Shown here: in pieces, positions 53,332 to 63,909 of the stretch
Layout: the number at the start of each line of letters is the position of its first letter
Position numbering within the stretch: the first letter of the stretch is position 1
DNA from: an uncultured Gemmatimonadales bacterium
GTDB lineage: Bacteria; Gemmatimonadota; Gemmatimonadetes; Longimicrobiales; RSA9
Direction of reading: 5' to 3'
NCBI GenBank assembly: GCA_963798085.1
Contig: CAWCRS010000007.1
Span: 1,440,001 to 1,504,000, forward strand
DNA: 64,000 nt
Translations under genes and position numbers: made by a program
The notes under the pieces: model-generated
What the model was told of the DNA's origin: nothing
Databases searched by the model: none
The model's input: only the letters and a program-made list of their open reading frames with translations

Positions 53332-56166
53332 CTAGAACGCGTACCGCAACCTGAGCAGCGCCGTCGTCCCGATGTCGGGCACACCGGGGAAGCTGCGGTA
53401 CTTCGCGTTGAACAGGTTGTTCACGCTGAGCCCGAGCGAGACGCCGCGCATGGAGGGCAGACTGTAGTCGAGCACGATGTCCGCCAGTGTGAATGCCTTG
53501 ACGCAGGGCTCGACGTTGATGCTCGTGGGTGGCGTCGAGAACAGGCATGCGGTGCCCAGGTACACGCCGGAGCTGGCGGGGAAGCCATCGGTGTAGCGCA
53601 CGCGGCCCTCTGCGGAGAATCCGGCCTTGTCATTGTGATAGGCAAGCGAGCCGGTCGTCTTGAACTTGGGCGCATTGAGCGTGACGTCGGTGGTGTCGCT
53701 GCCCAGCACGTACTTGAACAGGTCGTCGTTCACCCAGGAAACGGATGCGCCCAGCGACCACTGGTCATTGAGCAGCGCGGTGGCGCTGAGATCCGAGCCC
53801 CAGAGGCTGATCGTCTTGTCGACATTGGCGTAACTCGCCAGCAGCTGGGCGCCGCTGGCATCGACGTCACTCGAGGAGATCACACCCAGCGGAATCGTCG
53901 CCAGACCCGGTGCCGTGGGCGAGCCTACGAGCTGACCCGCCAGAGCCTGTGCCGCTGCCTGCGACATACCCAGATCCGTAATGAAACGCGTGACCAGATA
54001 CGTGCCCATCTGCGGTCCCGACATCAGCAGCAGCGGCGTCTGCGTCGTGAGCGGCGTCACCAGGTTCTGCCGGCGCGAGAACCACACGTCCGCGGCCAGC
54101 AGCAGCTTGCTGCCCGCAATGCCCTGATAGCCCGCTTCGAACGTGGTGCTCGTTTCTTCACGGATCGGCTTGGTGTCCGGCAGATCGAGCGCCGAGAGCA
54201 ACCCCGTCGTGCCATTCACGGTGTTGAGGTAGCTCGTCGGGATCTGCGTGCCTGTCGGGTGCAGCGTCAGCAAGTATTGCACGATGTTGGCGGGCAGCGG
54301 CGTGCCCTTCAATGCGGCCTGCTGCGCCAGCACCTGCACGGCGGCCGCCCAGTATGCCGACGCATCCGCGGGCACGAGGCCCTTGGGTCCGCCACCCGCT
54401 GCGGGCGTGAACGGAGAACGCATCACGTAACCGCCGTTACTCTGCTTGAAATGGAAGCCGGTCTTGCCCGTGCCCTGCACGCGCACGCTGTAGCCCAGCT
54501 GTGCCAGGCTCGCGTTCGGTACTGCGGTGGGCAGGTCCAGGAACTGATTGAGCGATGAGGGCGTCGAGAATGCGCGGTTGTACGTGAGACGGAAGACCTG
54601 ATTCTGCGCCGGCTTGATCACCAGCCCCGCGCGCGGCGAAAAGATGGCATCGGGCAGCGCGGTGTGATGGTCGACGCGCGCGGCCAGCACGACGTCGAGT
54701 TTCGATGACAATGTCGTTTCCGACTGCAGATAACCGCCGATCTGCGTGGTCTGGTCGTCGTTCTCGTACTTGCCGTTGATGGTGCCTTCGGTGACGGGCA
54801 CCGTGTAGAGCAGGTCGCCGCCATACGTGAGTCGCTCGCGCTCGCCCAGCGAGACACCGTGCTGCAGCTGGCCCACCCACAGCTTGGACTTGTCGACAAT
54901 GGGTGCGCCGTTGCGCAGCAGATAGGTGTCGCCGGCATCGCTGGCATTGACGTAGAACTGACCGAAGAAGCGCTTGTAGCTGCCGCGCGCCTGCAGGTAG
55001 TTGTAGCGCCAGTCGCTGGCCTGCGCCGCGCCCAGGCCGGTCAGCTCGATCTGCGACGCTGTCGATGTGCCCATCGAGAAAATGGTGGTGAAGTCCGGTG
55101 TCACGCTCCAGTCGAGGCGAGCCTCGCCACCCCAGCGGGTCATGCCGAAATCGCGATTGCCAATGCGCGCAATACGCGTGTCCGCCTCCGCCGCGGTGAT
55201 GCCGGTTGCGTTGATCAGGTCCTGCTTGAAGAACGGGTTGCCCGCGAACTTCGCTTTCTCGGATGCCTCCACCGGATCGATGTAGTGCCAGTCGTCACCC
55301 TGCACGTACTGGCCGGAGACCTTGAACGCAACACGATCACTGAACTTCTGCGCGGTGCGGAACTGGCCCTGCCACACCTGGCGATTGCCGCCACTGAGCG
55401 AGAGCACCGTGCCCTGGTCGCGCAGCGGTGAGCGCGTGATGAAGTGCACCACGCCGTTCGCCGTGTTCGGTCCGTACAGCGCAGAGCCCGGTCCCAGCAC
55501 TATCTCAATGCGCTCGATGTCCTCGCTGTTCGCAGGAATGAAGTTCAGCACGTTGACTGCCAGGGATGGCACGCCCGCTATGCGATTGTCGGTGAGCGCG
55601 TGCACCGCGCCCGAGAAGATATTGTTGAAGCCGCGTACCACGACATTTGTGGACTGCAGACCCTGCGTGATCACGTCCACCGCCGCGGAATTGCGGATGT
55701 GATCCACCGGCGTCACTGTGGGCCGGGCCTCGATCTCGCGCTGATTGACCACTTCGACGCGCGCCGGCGCATCCAGCGCTTTCTCCTGCTGCCGTGATGC
55801 CGACACCACGACGGTGTTCAGCTCGATCGCGCGCGGCGAAAGCGCCGCATCCGCCTGCGCTGTGCCGCCCGCCGTGACCTCCACGTTCGCCATTGTCTGC
55901 GTGCCGTAACCGATCGCAGATGCGGTCACCGCATACATACCCGGCGCGACACCCGCAATGCGATAAACACCATCCTGATTGGAAGCCGTGCTCGCTACCA
56001 CGCGACCATCCGTGGTCAGCACCTGCACCAGTGCCTCGACAACCGGTTTGCCCGTGTCAGTTGCCGTCAAATGTCCCGTGATTGTTCCCGACTGTGCGGA
56101 GACGCGCGCGGCGCAGAACAGGAACACGATCGCGCCCAGCAGCAAGCCGCGTTTCGTGACGCTCAT
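53332..56166 (-). CDS. TonB-dependent receptor with N-terminal carboxypeptidase-regulatory-like domain
   Basis: Signal peptide, TVVVSASR TonB box, IERIEIVLGPGSALYG plug, NNLFN..Y, C-terminal aromatic residue. Confidence 0.93.
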   Translation of the reverse strand: MSVTKRGLLLGAIVFLFCAARVSAQSGTITGHLTATDTGKPVVEALVQVLTTDGRVVASTASNQDGVYRIAGVAPGMYAVTASAIGYGTQTMANVEVTAGGTAQADAALSPRAIELNTVVVSASRQQEKALDAPARVEVVNQREIEARPTVTPVDHIRNSAAVDVITQGLQSTNVVVRGFNNIFSGAVHALTDNRIAGVPSLAVNVLNFIPANSEDIERIEIVLGPGSALYGPNTANGVVHFITRSPLRDQGTVLSLSGGNRQVWQGQFRTAQKFSDRVAFKVSGQYVQGDDWHYIDPVEASEKAKFAGNPFFKQDLINATGITAAEADTRIARIGNRDFGMTRWGGEARLDWSVTPDFTTIFSMGTSTASQIELTGLGAAQASDWRYNYLQARGSYKRFFGQFYVNASDAGDTYLLRNGAPIVDKSKLWVGQLQHGVSLGERERLTYGGDLLYTVPVTEGTINGKYENDDQTTQIGGYLQSETTLSSKLDVVLAARVDHHTALPDAIFSPRAGLVIKPAQNQVFRLTYNRAFSTPSSLNQFLDLPTAVPNASLAQLGYSVRVQGTGKTGFHFKQSNGGYVMRSPFTPAAGGGPKGLVPADASAYWAAAVQVLAQQAALKGTPLPANIVQYLLTLHPTGTQIPTSYLNTVNGTTGLLSALDLPDTKPIREETSTTFEAGYQGIAGSKLLLAADVWFSRRQNLVTPLTTQTPLLLMSGPQMGTYLVTRFITDLGMSQAAAQALAGQLVGSPTAPGLATIPLGVISSSDVDASGAQLLASYANVDKTISLWGSDLSATALLNDQWSLGASVSWVNDDLFKYVLGSDTTDVTLNAPKFKTTGSLAYHNDKAGFSAEGRVRYTDGFPASSGVYLGTACLFSTPPTSINVEPCVKAFTLADIVLDYSLPSMRGVSLGLSVNNLFNAKYRSFPGVPDIGTTALLRLRYAF

Positions 56167-56721
56167 CGATCAACCTCAGGAAGAGGGAGTACCGTTCGGC
56201 GGGGGATGATACGAAATACAACCCGGCAACTGCGAGAGTGCGCGCGACGTGCGTTGCGTCGGAATTGCGCCGCGATGTGAGGGCTCCATGCGCTGGCGGG
56301 TCGCGACCGAAGCACCGATTTCGATGCTCTGATCCACGACCCGCCATTCCGACGTCAGCACGGTCAGTTCGAACGGAACGCGGGGGTTTTCAGGTCTGCG
56401 GCGGCGGAACCTTACTGGGTCTTAGGGAGAGGTCCATTGGGCACGCCTCCCGCATCCCTTCCCGCTCATCTCCCCGCCCGGCTGACGCCGGAGAACGGGG
56501 TCCAACATACCCGTCCGAAGAGGCCTCCGTCAAGCAGAATCTTTCGCCCCCGGAGACCCGTTTGACGGCGCGTCCGCCGCGGGTTCATTTTGCCCGTCCG
56601 CGCGCCCCGGAAGCTACCGGCAGGATCCCGAAAAGCGCCCGCGGCGTTCCATGTAAGTAACACAAAAACAATATCTTACGGAGTTCGGCCAGGCGCGGCC
56701 CGAGCCCCGGGACTGCATCCT

Positions 56722-58629
56722 GTGGAGCCCTTGAACGCAGCCTGGGAAATCACTGGAAATCACTACCTGGCTTTGCCTTGCATCGCCACCTCCGATGGGG
56801 CGTTGCACGAGGCCAATGTGGTGCACCACGGGATGGCCTCACTGCTGTCCTGGAGAGGCGACCGGAACCCGTCTCCCGAGGCCGTTCCGCTGCTGCGTCT
56901 GGGCCTCGCCATGGAGGGTCGGGAGCTGCCCCTCGAGGGCCTTCGCTGGGAACGGGTCGATCGCTGGATCCCGCGCTTTTCGGCCCGCGCCGGCGACCTC
57001 CGTGTGGTGGTGACCTTCTGCACGCCCGGCGGCTTCGACCCGCTTGCACCCGGTGGCGCCATCATCGTTCACGTCGAAGGGGCGACCGGCCCAGTCCGGC
57101 TCTGGCTCGAGGGATCCTGGAGCTGGTCGCTCCGCACCGTGGCGAGCACCCGGCCGCTCCGGGATGGCAATCGGCTGTGGCGCCCCGAGGCACCCGCTGT
57201 GGTGCTGGAAGCCGGCGATCCGCCTGCCGGCGCCGCCCTGGCCATCACGCTGGTCGAGAAGGACGTGTTCGTGCTGGCGGGTGCCGGCGACGACGAGCCT
57301 TCCACCTTTCCGTCCCACCACGAGCTGGCCGCCGCCAACGGCGGCCGGTTGCGGTTCCGCCTGGGCTGCGAGCGGCGGCCGGACGCGCGCCAGCGGTTCA
57401 CCGTGGCCTTTGTCCTGGGTGTAGCGCCCGAGCGAGATGGCGCCGTGGCCGCGGCGCTGCGTCTGGCCGGGCTGGGCGCCGACGAGCTGGTGCGTCGCGC
57501 CCGCCTGGACCTGGCCAGCCTCAACCGCATTTCCGACGAGGGGGTGGCCCGCGACATCGTCGCCCGTAATCTCGTGTTTCATCACTACTGGGCGGCCGCG
57601 CGCGCGGTGGACGACGACCGGCTCTACCCCGTGCTGTCACGGTCCCCCGAGCACGGCGAGTGCGCCGTCTTCGGCGAGCGCGAAGCGCTGGCCTGGAGTC
57701 TGCCCGCCTATGCCCTAACAGACCCGTTAGTGGCGCGCGAACTGCTGGTGCACGAACTCGAAGTGTATTCCGACCGGCCCGGCAATTTCCGGCGCTACCT
57801 CAATGGCGGCATCCTGGATGCGGGCTTTTCGCTGGGCCGCGCCTGCGAGTACGCGCTGGCCATCGAGCGCTACAGTGACGTGGCCCGGGACGCGGCCTTC
57901 GCGGACGAACCGCTGGTGCAGCAGATCCTGCGCGATCTGGATGACATGGCCTGGAGTCACCTGCACCGCGAGGTGTTCCTGGGTTCGTCGGAAGTACTGC
58001 CCGGCGGCGAGCGCGCGGACTACCCGTTCGCGGCCTTCGATAATGTCGTGTTATGGAAGCTCTGCGGGGTGCTGGAACGCCTCTGGCGGGCCGCGCCGGG
58101 CGAGGCACGGCCCCGCCTGCAGAAGGGCGAGGACGAGATCCGGGCCGCATTCTGGCTGAAACTCACCACGGACGTGCAGGGATTGCCCGTGATCGCCGCC
58201 AGCAGCGACCTGAGCGGACACGCTGCAGTCTACGACGACCCGGCCGGCAGCCTCGGCCTGCTGCCGTACTTCGAATTCTGCGAGGCCGAAGATCCCATCT
58301 GGTCGAACACGATGGAGCTGCTGCATTCACCGGACTACCCGCTGTACCTCGGCGGCCACCGGTTCCCGGGCCTCGCCGGTCGCAGCCAGCCACGCCAGGC
58401 ACGCTTCGCCGCGCTCTGCGCCGACCTGCTCACACCACGCCGGCGGGAGGGCGCCCTCGAAGCGCTGCGCGCGCTGAACCTGCCCGCAGGCGTCGCGGTG
58501 CGCGCATGGGACCCGGATTCCGGCTCCGTTGCCGCCGGGCCCTATGCTGCGTCCGAGGCGGGCTTCCTCGTCTGGGCGCTGCTGCACGAGAGCGCTGCGG
58601 CGCCGCGCAGGAAGAAGAGCGGCCGGTGA
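56722..58629 (+). CDS. GH125-like (alpha/alpha)6 protein, possibly catalytically degenerate
   Basis: ITGNHYLALP, RWIPRF, RNL.FHHYWA, LSRSP, YPF..FDNV, YDDPAGSL..LPYF; GTGA overlap with glgA. Confidence 0.6.
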   Translation: MEPLNAAWEITGNHYLALPCIATSDGALHEANVVHHGMASLLSWRGDRNPSPEAVPLLRLGLAMEGRELPLEGLRWERVDRWIPRFSARAGDLRVVVTFCTPGGFDPLAPGGAIIVHVEGATGPVRLWLEGSWSWSLRTVASTRPLRDGNRLWRPEAPAVVLEAGDPPAGAALAITLVEKDVFVLAGAGDDEPSTFPSHHELAAANGGRLRFRLGCERRPDARQRFTVAFVLGVAPERDGAVAAALRLAGLGADELVRRARLDLASLNRISDEGVARDIVARNLVFHHYWAAARAVDDDRLYPVLSRSPEHGECAVFGEREALAWSLPAYALTDPLVARELLVHELEVYSDRPGNFRRYLNGGILDAGFSLGRACEYALAIERYSDVARDAAFADEPLVQQILRDLDDMAWSHLHREVFLGSSEVLPGGERADYPFAAFDNVVLWKLCGVLERLWRAAPGEARPRLQKGEDEIRAAFWLKLTTDVQGLPVIAASSDLSGHAAVYDDPAGSLGLLPYFEFCEAEDPIWSNTMELLHSPDYPLYLGGHRFPGLAGRSQPRQARFAALCADLLTPRRREGALEALRALNLPAGVAVRAWDPDSGSVAAGPYAASEAGFLVWALLHESAAAPRRKKSGR

Positions 58630-60032
58630 GAATCCTCCATGTGACGTCGGAGGCAACGCCGTATTTCAAGACGGGCGGACTGGCCGATGTTTCGCGGGCG
58701 CTGCCGGATGCGCTGGCCGCCGCGGGTCATGACGTGCGCATCATCCTCCCGCTCTACGGTGTGGCGCGCGAGGGGCTCGATGCCGCCGCACACACGGAAA
58801 CCGTCGCCGTGCCGTGGGTCGGCGGGGAAGTGGCCGTGCGTTTCGTCACGCATCGCGTGGGCACCTCAACGCCGGCCGTGCTCGTGGATCAGCCGGGTTT
58901 CTTCGAGGCCGGCTCGCCGTACGAAGGCGCATCGCGCGAACCACTCGAAGTCGGCCGGCGCTTCGCGTTCTTCTGCCGTGCCGTCGTGCGCTACGCCACT
59001 GCATGGAAGCCCGACGTCATTCATCTGAACGACTGGCCCACTGGCCTGGTGCCTGTGTACGCACTGCTCGACGGGCTCGATGTCGCCACGGTCTTCGCCA
59101 TTCACAACCTCGCCTACCAGGGCAATTTCTCGCCCGTGCTGCTCGAGCAGATCGGGGTGCCCTGGGATTTCTACCGCACGGAGAACGGCATCGAGTTCCT
59201 GCACCACGCCTCGTTCATGAAGGCGGGCCTCGCCCTGAGCGACCGTCTCGTCACCGTCTCGCCGACGTACGCACGGGAGATTCAGACACCGCTGTACGGC
59301 GCCGGCCTCGACGGCTTGCTGCGCTACCGGCACCGCGTGCTGAATGGCATCCTGAACGGCATCGACACCGCCACGTGGAATCCCGCGCACGATCCGCACA
59401 TCGCCTCGCAGTACACGGCGGGCACGCTGGACGGCAAGGACACGAATCGCGCCGCGCTCCTCAGGGAGACCGAGCTGAACGGCGACGGTCCGCTGTTCGC
59501 CATGGTGGGCAGGCTGGCGCAGCAGAAGGGCATCGACCTGGTGATTCGCGCGCTGCCATCCATGGTGGAAGCCGGCGCGCGCCTCGCGGTGCTCGGCAGT
59601 GGCGAGCCTGCCTACGAGCGTGAACTGACCCGGCTCGCGCGTCTCGCGCCCGATCGCGTGGCCCTGTTCAACCGATTCGACGAATCCGTCGCGCACCGCC
59701 TCTACGCCAGCGCCGACTTCTTCCTGATGCCGTCACGCTACGAGCCGTGCGGCCTGGGCCAGATGATCGCGCAGCGTTACGGCACCCCGCCCGTCGCCCG
59801 GCACACCGGCGGACTGGTGGACACGGTCACCGATCGCAAGACCGGCCTGCTGTTCGACGATGCCACGCCTGAAGCCGTGACGTTCGCCGTGCAGCGTGCC
59901 GTCGCGCTGTGGCGGCAGAAGGGTTGGAATGCGCTGCGGCGCCGCTGCATGCGTCTGGACTGGTCCTGGGCGCGCTCCGCGGAGCTGTACGAAGAGGTCT
60001 ACCGCGCTGCCATCGGTCCGCCAACGGCGTGA
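58626..60032 (+). CDS. glgA: Glycogen synthase
   Basis: KTGGLADV, HNLAYQG, TVSPTYAREI, GILNGID, RLAQQKG, MPSRYEPCGL. Confidence 0.95.
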   Translation: MRILHVTSEATPYFKTGGLADVSRALPDALAAAGHDVRIILPLYGVAREGLDAAAHTETVAVPWVGGEVAVRFVTHRVGTSTPAVLVDQPGFFEAGSPYEGASREPLEVGRRFAFFCRAVVRYATAWKPDVIHLNDWPTGLVPVYALLDGLDVATVFAIHNLAYQGNFSPVLLEQIGVPWDFYRTENGIEFLHHASFMKAGLALSDRLVTVSPTYAREIQTPLYGAGLDGLLRYRHRVLNGILNGIDTATWNPAHDPHIASQYTAGTLDGKDTNRAALLRETELNGDGPLFAMVGRLAQQKGIDLVIRALPSMVEAGARLAVLGSGEPAYERELTRLARLAPDRVALFNRFDESVAHRLYASADFFLMPSRYEPCGLGQMIAQRYGTPPVARHTGGLVDTVTDRKTGLLFDDATPEAVTFAVQRAVALWRQKGWNALRRRCMRLDWSWARSAELYEEVYRAAIGPPTA

Positions 60033-60076
60033 GCCGAAAACCGGCGCGGCTCGGGTCCCGGCGTGCGCGTCTCGGG

Positions 60077-60106
60077 TTGACGATGCCGCCAGGCTGCGGC
60101 TATCGT
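60077..60106 (+). promoter_or_regulatory. Putative promoter of the tRNA pair
   Basis: TTGACG-N18-TATCGT. Confidence 0.55.
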
Positions 60107-60116
60107 TCAACCCGCC

Positions 60117-60189
60117 GCGGGCATAGCTCAGTTGGTAGAGCGTCTGCTTGCCATGCAGAAGGTCGCCGGTTCGAGTCCGGTTGCCCGCT
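60117..60189 (+). tRNA. tRNA-Gly(GCC)
   Basis: GCGGGCA/TGCCCGC acceptor, TCTGC-TTGCCAT-GCAGA anticodon arm, GGTTCGAGTCC. Confidence 0.96.
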
Positions 60190-60226
60190 TTCCCACCCGC
60201 TTCGTCGCACTTCGCGTGCTTCGTCC

Positions 60227-60298
<72 letters not shown>

Positions 60299-60834
60299 CT
60301 TCCATAACAACGAATTACGCCCGACCGACCGGCGCTGACGGGGTCGTGCAGGCAGGCCTGAACGACAAGGACTGCCTGTGCGGCGCCGCGATCGGCTGCG
60401 GCAGGGTCCCGCCCGCAGCATCGGCGATTCACCTGCGCGAGCCCGCCTGCCGACACTCACGCAAGGTACCCCCAACATTCAGGCACTGACGGGCGGGCGC
60501 TGACGCCCGCGTTGAGGACGGGTCACGACACGGCCGGTCCTCGATCGCGGCGAGGCGCCGAGCCGTCGTGACAGCGACAGGCCGGCGGCGCACCAGCTCC
60601 GGCCAGCACCGCGTACCCGGGGGAGCGGTCGAGCGCGTCGCACACGGCCAGGACGAGCCTTCCGGCAGGTCTGCAGGAGCGTGCGTACCGTTGCGGCGCG
60701 ACGGGGGAGGCGCGGGCATTTCCGCACAAAGATGTAGCATTTGTCGCCATCAAGAGCGGGCTTCGACTGCCGAAACTCGCAACATCGGGAAAGGGCAGGG
60801 AAGTCCGGCGCTCAAGAGGAGAGACGAGAATCCA

Positions 60835-61149
60835 ATGGATGGAATGACCGACCTTGTAATGCCGACGACGGGTGGCATCAGCTTCATCAGCGACTGGCTG
60901 CGCCTGCGCTTCGGCCGGGTAATCGATCTGCCGTCGGGCACCGCGGAGGCGGCGTGGCACGTGCACCGGCCGTCGCCGAGCCACGGCTTCACCGTGCGTG
61001 TCGCCGGTGATGCACTGGGTGCCAACCCCGAGCAGATCGAGGTGTGGCTCGAGACGCTCGCTGACCACGCCCGGGACCGCGCGCCGCACGCGCCCCGCCA
61101 TTATCACGTGACCAGTTCAGGACTGCGCATCCGCGGCGCCCGCAACTGA
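60835..61149 (+). CDS. Hypothetical protein (~104 aa)
   Basis: Purine-rich AGGAGAG upstream, GC3-biased codons; no recognised family. Confidence 0.55.
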   Translation: MDGMTDLVMPTTGGISFISDWLRLRFGRVIDLPSGTAEAAWHVHRPSPSHGFTVRVAGDALGANPEQIEVWLETLADHARDRAPHAPRHYHVTSSGLRIRGARN

Positions 61150-61243
61150 CCTGCCGCCGCCGTGAAGCGGCCCCGGCATTATCTTCCCGCAAGAGCGGTC
61201 GCGCTTTGAGCCTTGCGGCCGCGTCAGTCTTGCGGGAGGCGGC

Positions 61244-62290
61244 GTGGCAGGGACGACGGCGGACGACGCCATTCGGGCCAGTGCACTAACCAAGACATAT
61301 CGAGTGAAAGTGCGGGATTCGGGACTGCGCGGTGCAGTACGCGCGCTGTTCCGCCCGCGCTACCGCGAAGTGCACGCCGTGCGCGATGTCAGCTTTCGCC
61401 TGCAGCCTGGCGAGATCGTGGCGTTCCTCGGGCCCAATGGCGCGGGCAAGACCACGACGCTCAAGATGCTCGCGGGCCTGCTCTACCCGACCTCCGGCAG
61501 CGCGCGCGTGGCCGGCTACGAGCCGTGGCGGGGTGGTTCGCCGTTCAAGCGGCGCATCGCGCTTCTGCTGGGCAACAAGCAGCAGCTGCTCTGGGATCTG
61601 CCGCCCGAGGAGACGTTCCAGTTGAATCGCGCCATCTACGCCATCCCCAAGCCGGCGTACCGCGAACGGCTGCGCGAGCTGGTGCAGCTGCTCTCGCTGG
61701 AAGGTCTGCTCGACCAGCCCGTACGCCAGCTCTCGCTCGGCGAGCGCATGAAGTGCGAGCTGGTGGCCGCGCTGCTGCACCGCCCGGAGGTCCTGTTCCT
61801 CGATGAGCCCACGCTGGGACTCGATCTCGCCGCGCAGGACGGCGTGCGCCGCTTTGTCGCCGCCTATCGCGAGCGCTACGGCGCTGCCGTGCTTCTTACA
61901 TCGCATTACATGGCGGATGTCACGGCACTGGCGGAACGCGTGCTGATCATCAATCGCGGAAAGCTGCTGTACGACGGACAGCTGCACACCCTCGTCGAGC
62001 GCACCGCGCGCACGCGGCGCCTGCAGCTCGTGCTGACGGACGGCGTCAGTGCGGAGCAGCTGGCGCGTTTCGGCACGGTGCGTGAGTTCCGCTATCCCAA
62101 CGCCACGCTGGAAGTGCCACGCGAGTCAGCCACACGCGTGAGCGCTGCGCTGCTGACATCGCTGCAGCTGGCCGACCTCTCCATCCAGGATCCGCCCATC
62201 GAGGAAGTGATCCGGCGCGCCTTCGAGGCGGAAACGGAGTCAGGCGACGACGCCGTGCCGGCGGCCGGCGCGACGCGGGACGCGCCGTGA
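61244..62290 (+). CDS. ABC transporter ATP-binding protein
   Basis: GPNGAGKTT, LSLGERMK, LFLDEPT, TSH. Confidence 0.95.
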   Translation: MAGTTADDAIRASALTKTYRVKVRDSGLRGAVRALFRPRYREVHAVRDVSFRLQPGEIVAFLGPNGAGKTTTLKMLAGLLYPTSGSARVAGYEPWRGGSPFKRRIALLLGNKQQLLWDLPPEETFQLNRAIYAIPKPAYRERLRELVQLLSLEGLLDQPVRQLSLGERMKCELVAALLHRPEVLFLDEPTLGLDLAAQDGVRRFVAAYRERYGAAVLLTSHYMADVTALAERVLIINRGKLLYDGQLHTLVERTARTRRLQLVLTDGVSAEQLARFGTVREFRYPNATLEVPRESATRVSAALLTSLQLADLSIQDPPIEEVIRRAFEAETESGDDAVPAAGATRDAP

Positions 62291-63108
62291 CGCAGGGCGT
62301 GCGCGCCCTGCGCGGCTGGACCGTTCGCTACGCCGCGCTGATCCGCACGGCATGGCTCGTCGATCTGCAGTACAACGCCGCCATCCTGCTGTGGCTGCTC
62401 TACGCGATGCTGGAGCCGGTGATCTCGCTGGGCATCTGGTGGACAATTGCCGGCGCCGGTCCCGTGCAGGGTTACGACCGTGCGGCCTTTGCGCGCTACT
62501 TCTTCGCAGTCGTGCTCGTGAACCAGGCGACGGTCGCGTGGGATGCGTTCTACATCGATCAGTGGATCCGCGGCGGCGAGATGAACTTCCGGCTGGCGCG
62601 TCCCATTGCGCCCATACACGAAGCCATCGCTGACAACATCGCCTACAAACTGCGCACCGCCACGCTCATGCTCCTTCTGTGGCTGATCATCGCACTGCTC
62701 TGGCCGCCTGTGCGGCTGCCGTTTCATGCCGGCTTCTGGCTGCTCGGCCTGGTGGCCACCGTGCTGGCCGCATGGATCCGCTTCCTGAACGGCTACGCCA
62801 CCGGTCTGCTGGCGTTCTGGATCACGCGCGCGACAGCACTCGTGAATCTGCAATACGGTGTTTCCACGTTTCTCTCCGGTCGTATTGCGCCGCTGTCGCT
62901 GCTGCCGGCCGGTGTCACCGCGGTCGCGTCATGGCTCTGGTTTCCGTACATGCTGTCATTTCCGGTGGAACTGGTCACGGGTCAGCTGCACGGCGCCGCG
63001 ATCCTGCGCGGTTTTGCCCTGCAGCTGGCGTGGGCGGCCATATGGATGCTGGCATGCACCGTGGTGTGGCGCCGTGGCATTCGCCGTTACGCGGCGGTGG
63101 GCGGATGA
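62287..63108 (+). CDS. ABC-2 family permease
   Basis: Multiple TM helices, IRGGEMNFRLARP, FLSG.IAPL..LP, RYAAVGG end. Confidence 0.9.
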   Translation: MTQGVRALRGWTVRYAALIRTAWLVDLQYNAAILLWLLYAMLEPVISLGIWWTIAGAGPVQGYDRAAFARYFFAVVLVNQATVAWDAFYIDQWIRGGEMNFRLARPIAPIHEAIADNIAYKLRTATLMLLLWLIIALLWPPVRLPFHAGFWLLGLVATVLAAWIRFLNGYATGLLAFWITRATALVNLQYGVSTFLSGRIAPLSLLPAGVTAVASWLWFPYMLSFPVELVTGQLHGAAILRGFALQLAWAAIWMLACTVVWRRGIRRYAAVGG

Positions 63109-63884
63109 TCGCCGTGGTGCGCGCGCTCTGGCGCGCCAGCCTCGCCGAGGAGCTGCAGTATCGTGGCAATCTCGTCGCCAGCATTGTGGGAACGCTCTTC
63201 TGGATGGCGATGGCACTGCTCACCCTGGCGGTCTTCTTCCATCAGACAGCGACGCTGGGTGGCTGGGAGTTCTGGGAGGTGGTGGCATTGCTCGGTATAT
63301 TCAACGCGCTGGGCGGTCTGATCGAAGCCGTGGTGCGGCCGGGCCTGACCCGGCTGGTCGAGGACGTGCGCAGCGGCGCTCTCGATCTGATCCTCGCGAA
63401 ACCCGTGGAATCCCAGACGTACGTTTCCTTCCGCCGTCTCGACGTCTGGCGCCTCACCGACTTCGTAACGGGCCTGGGGCTTTGTGCGTTCGGCGTCTTC
63501 CAGACAGGGCGTTTGCCAACCGCTGCAGGGCTGCTCGCGTTCGCGCTGGCGTTCTGCGCCGCGGCCCTGGTGCTCTATGCGTTCTGCGTGGCGCTCATGA
63601 GCACCGCGTTCTGGTTTGTCTCCGTGGAGAACCTGTCCGTGGTATTCGACACGCTGTACGAAGGCGCGCGCTACCCCGTTTCCGCCTACCCGGGCGCGCT
63701 GCGCTTCCTGTTCGTGTACCTGATTCCCATCGCGTGGACCACGACGATCCCGGCGGCATCGCTCAGTGGGCGGCTGCGGCCCGCGGTTTCCCTGGTCGCC
63801 TGCGCACTGGCCGTGCTCGCGCTCCTGCTGACACGGCTGTTATGGCGGCACGCGCTGCGCCGCTACACCAGCGCCGGCGGCTGA
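63105..63884 (+). CDS. ABC-2 family permease
   Basis: LQYRGN, GGW, VRSGALDLIL.KP, RYPVSAYP, RYTSAGG end. Confidence 0.9.
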   Translation: MIAVVRALWRASLAEELQYRGNLVASIVGTLFWMAMALLTLAVFFHQTATLGGWEFWEVVALLGIFNALGGLIEAVVRPGLTRLVEDVRSGALDLILAKPVESQTYVSFRRLDVWRLTDFVTGLGLCAFGVFQTGRLPTAAGLLAFALAFCAAALVLYAFCVALMSTAFWFVSVENLSVVFDTLYEGARYPVSAYPGALRFLFVYLIPIAWTTTIPAASLSGRLRPAVSLVACALAVLALLLTRLLWRHALRRYTSAGG

Positions 63885-63909
63885 GCTCCGTGCGCGAGGA
63901 GCAGACCGA

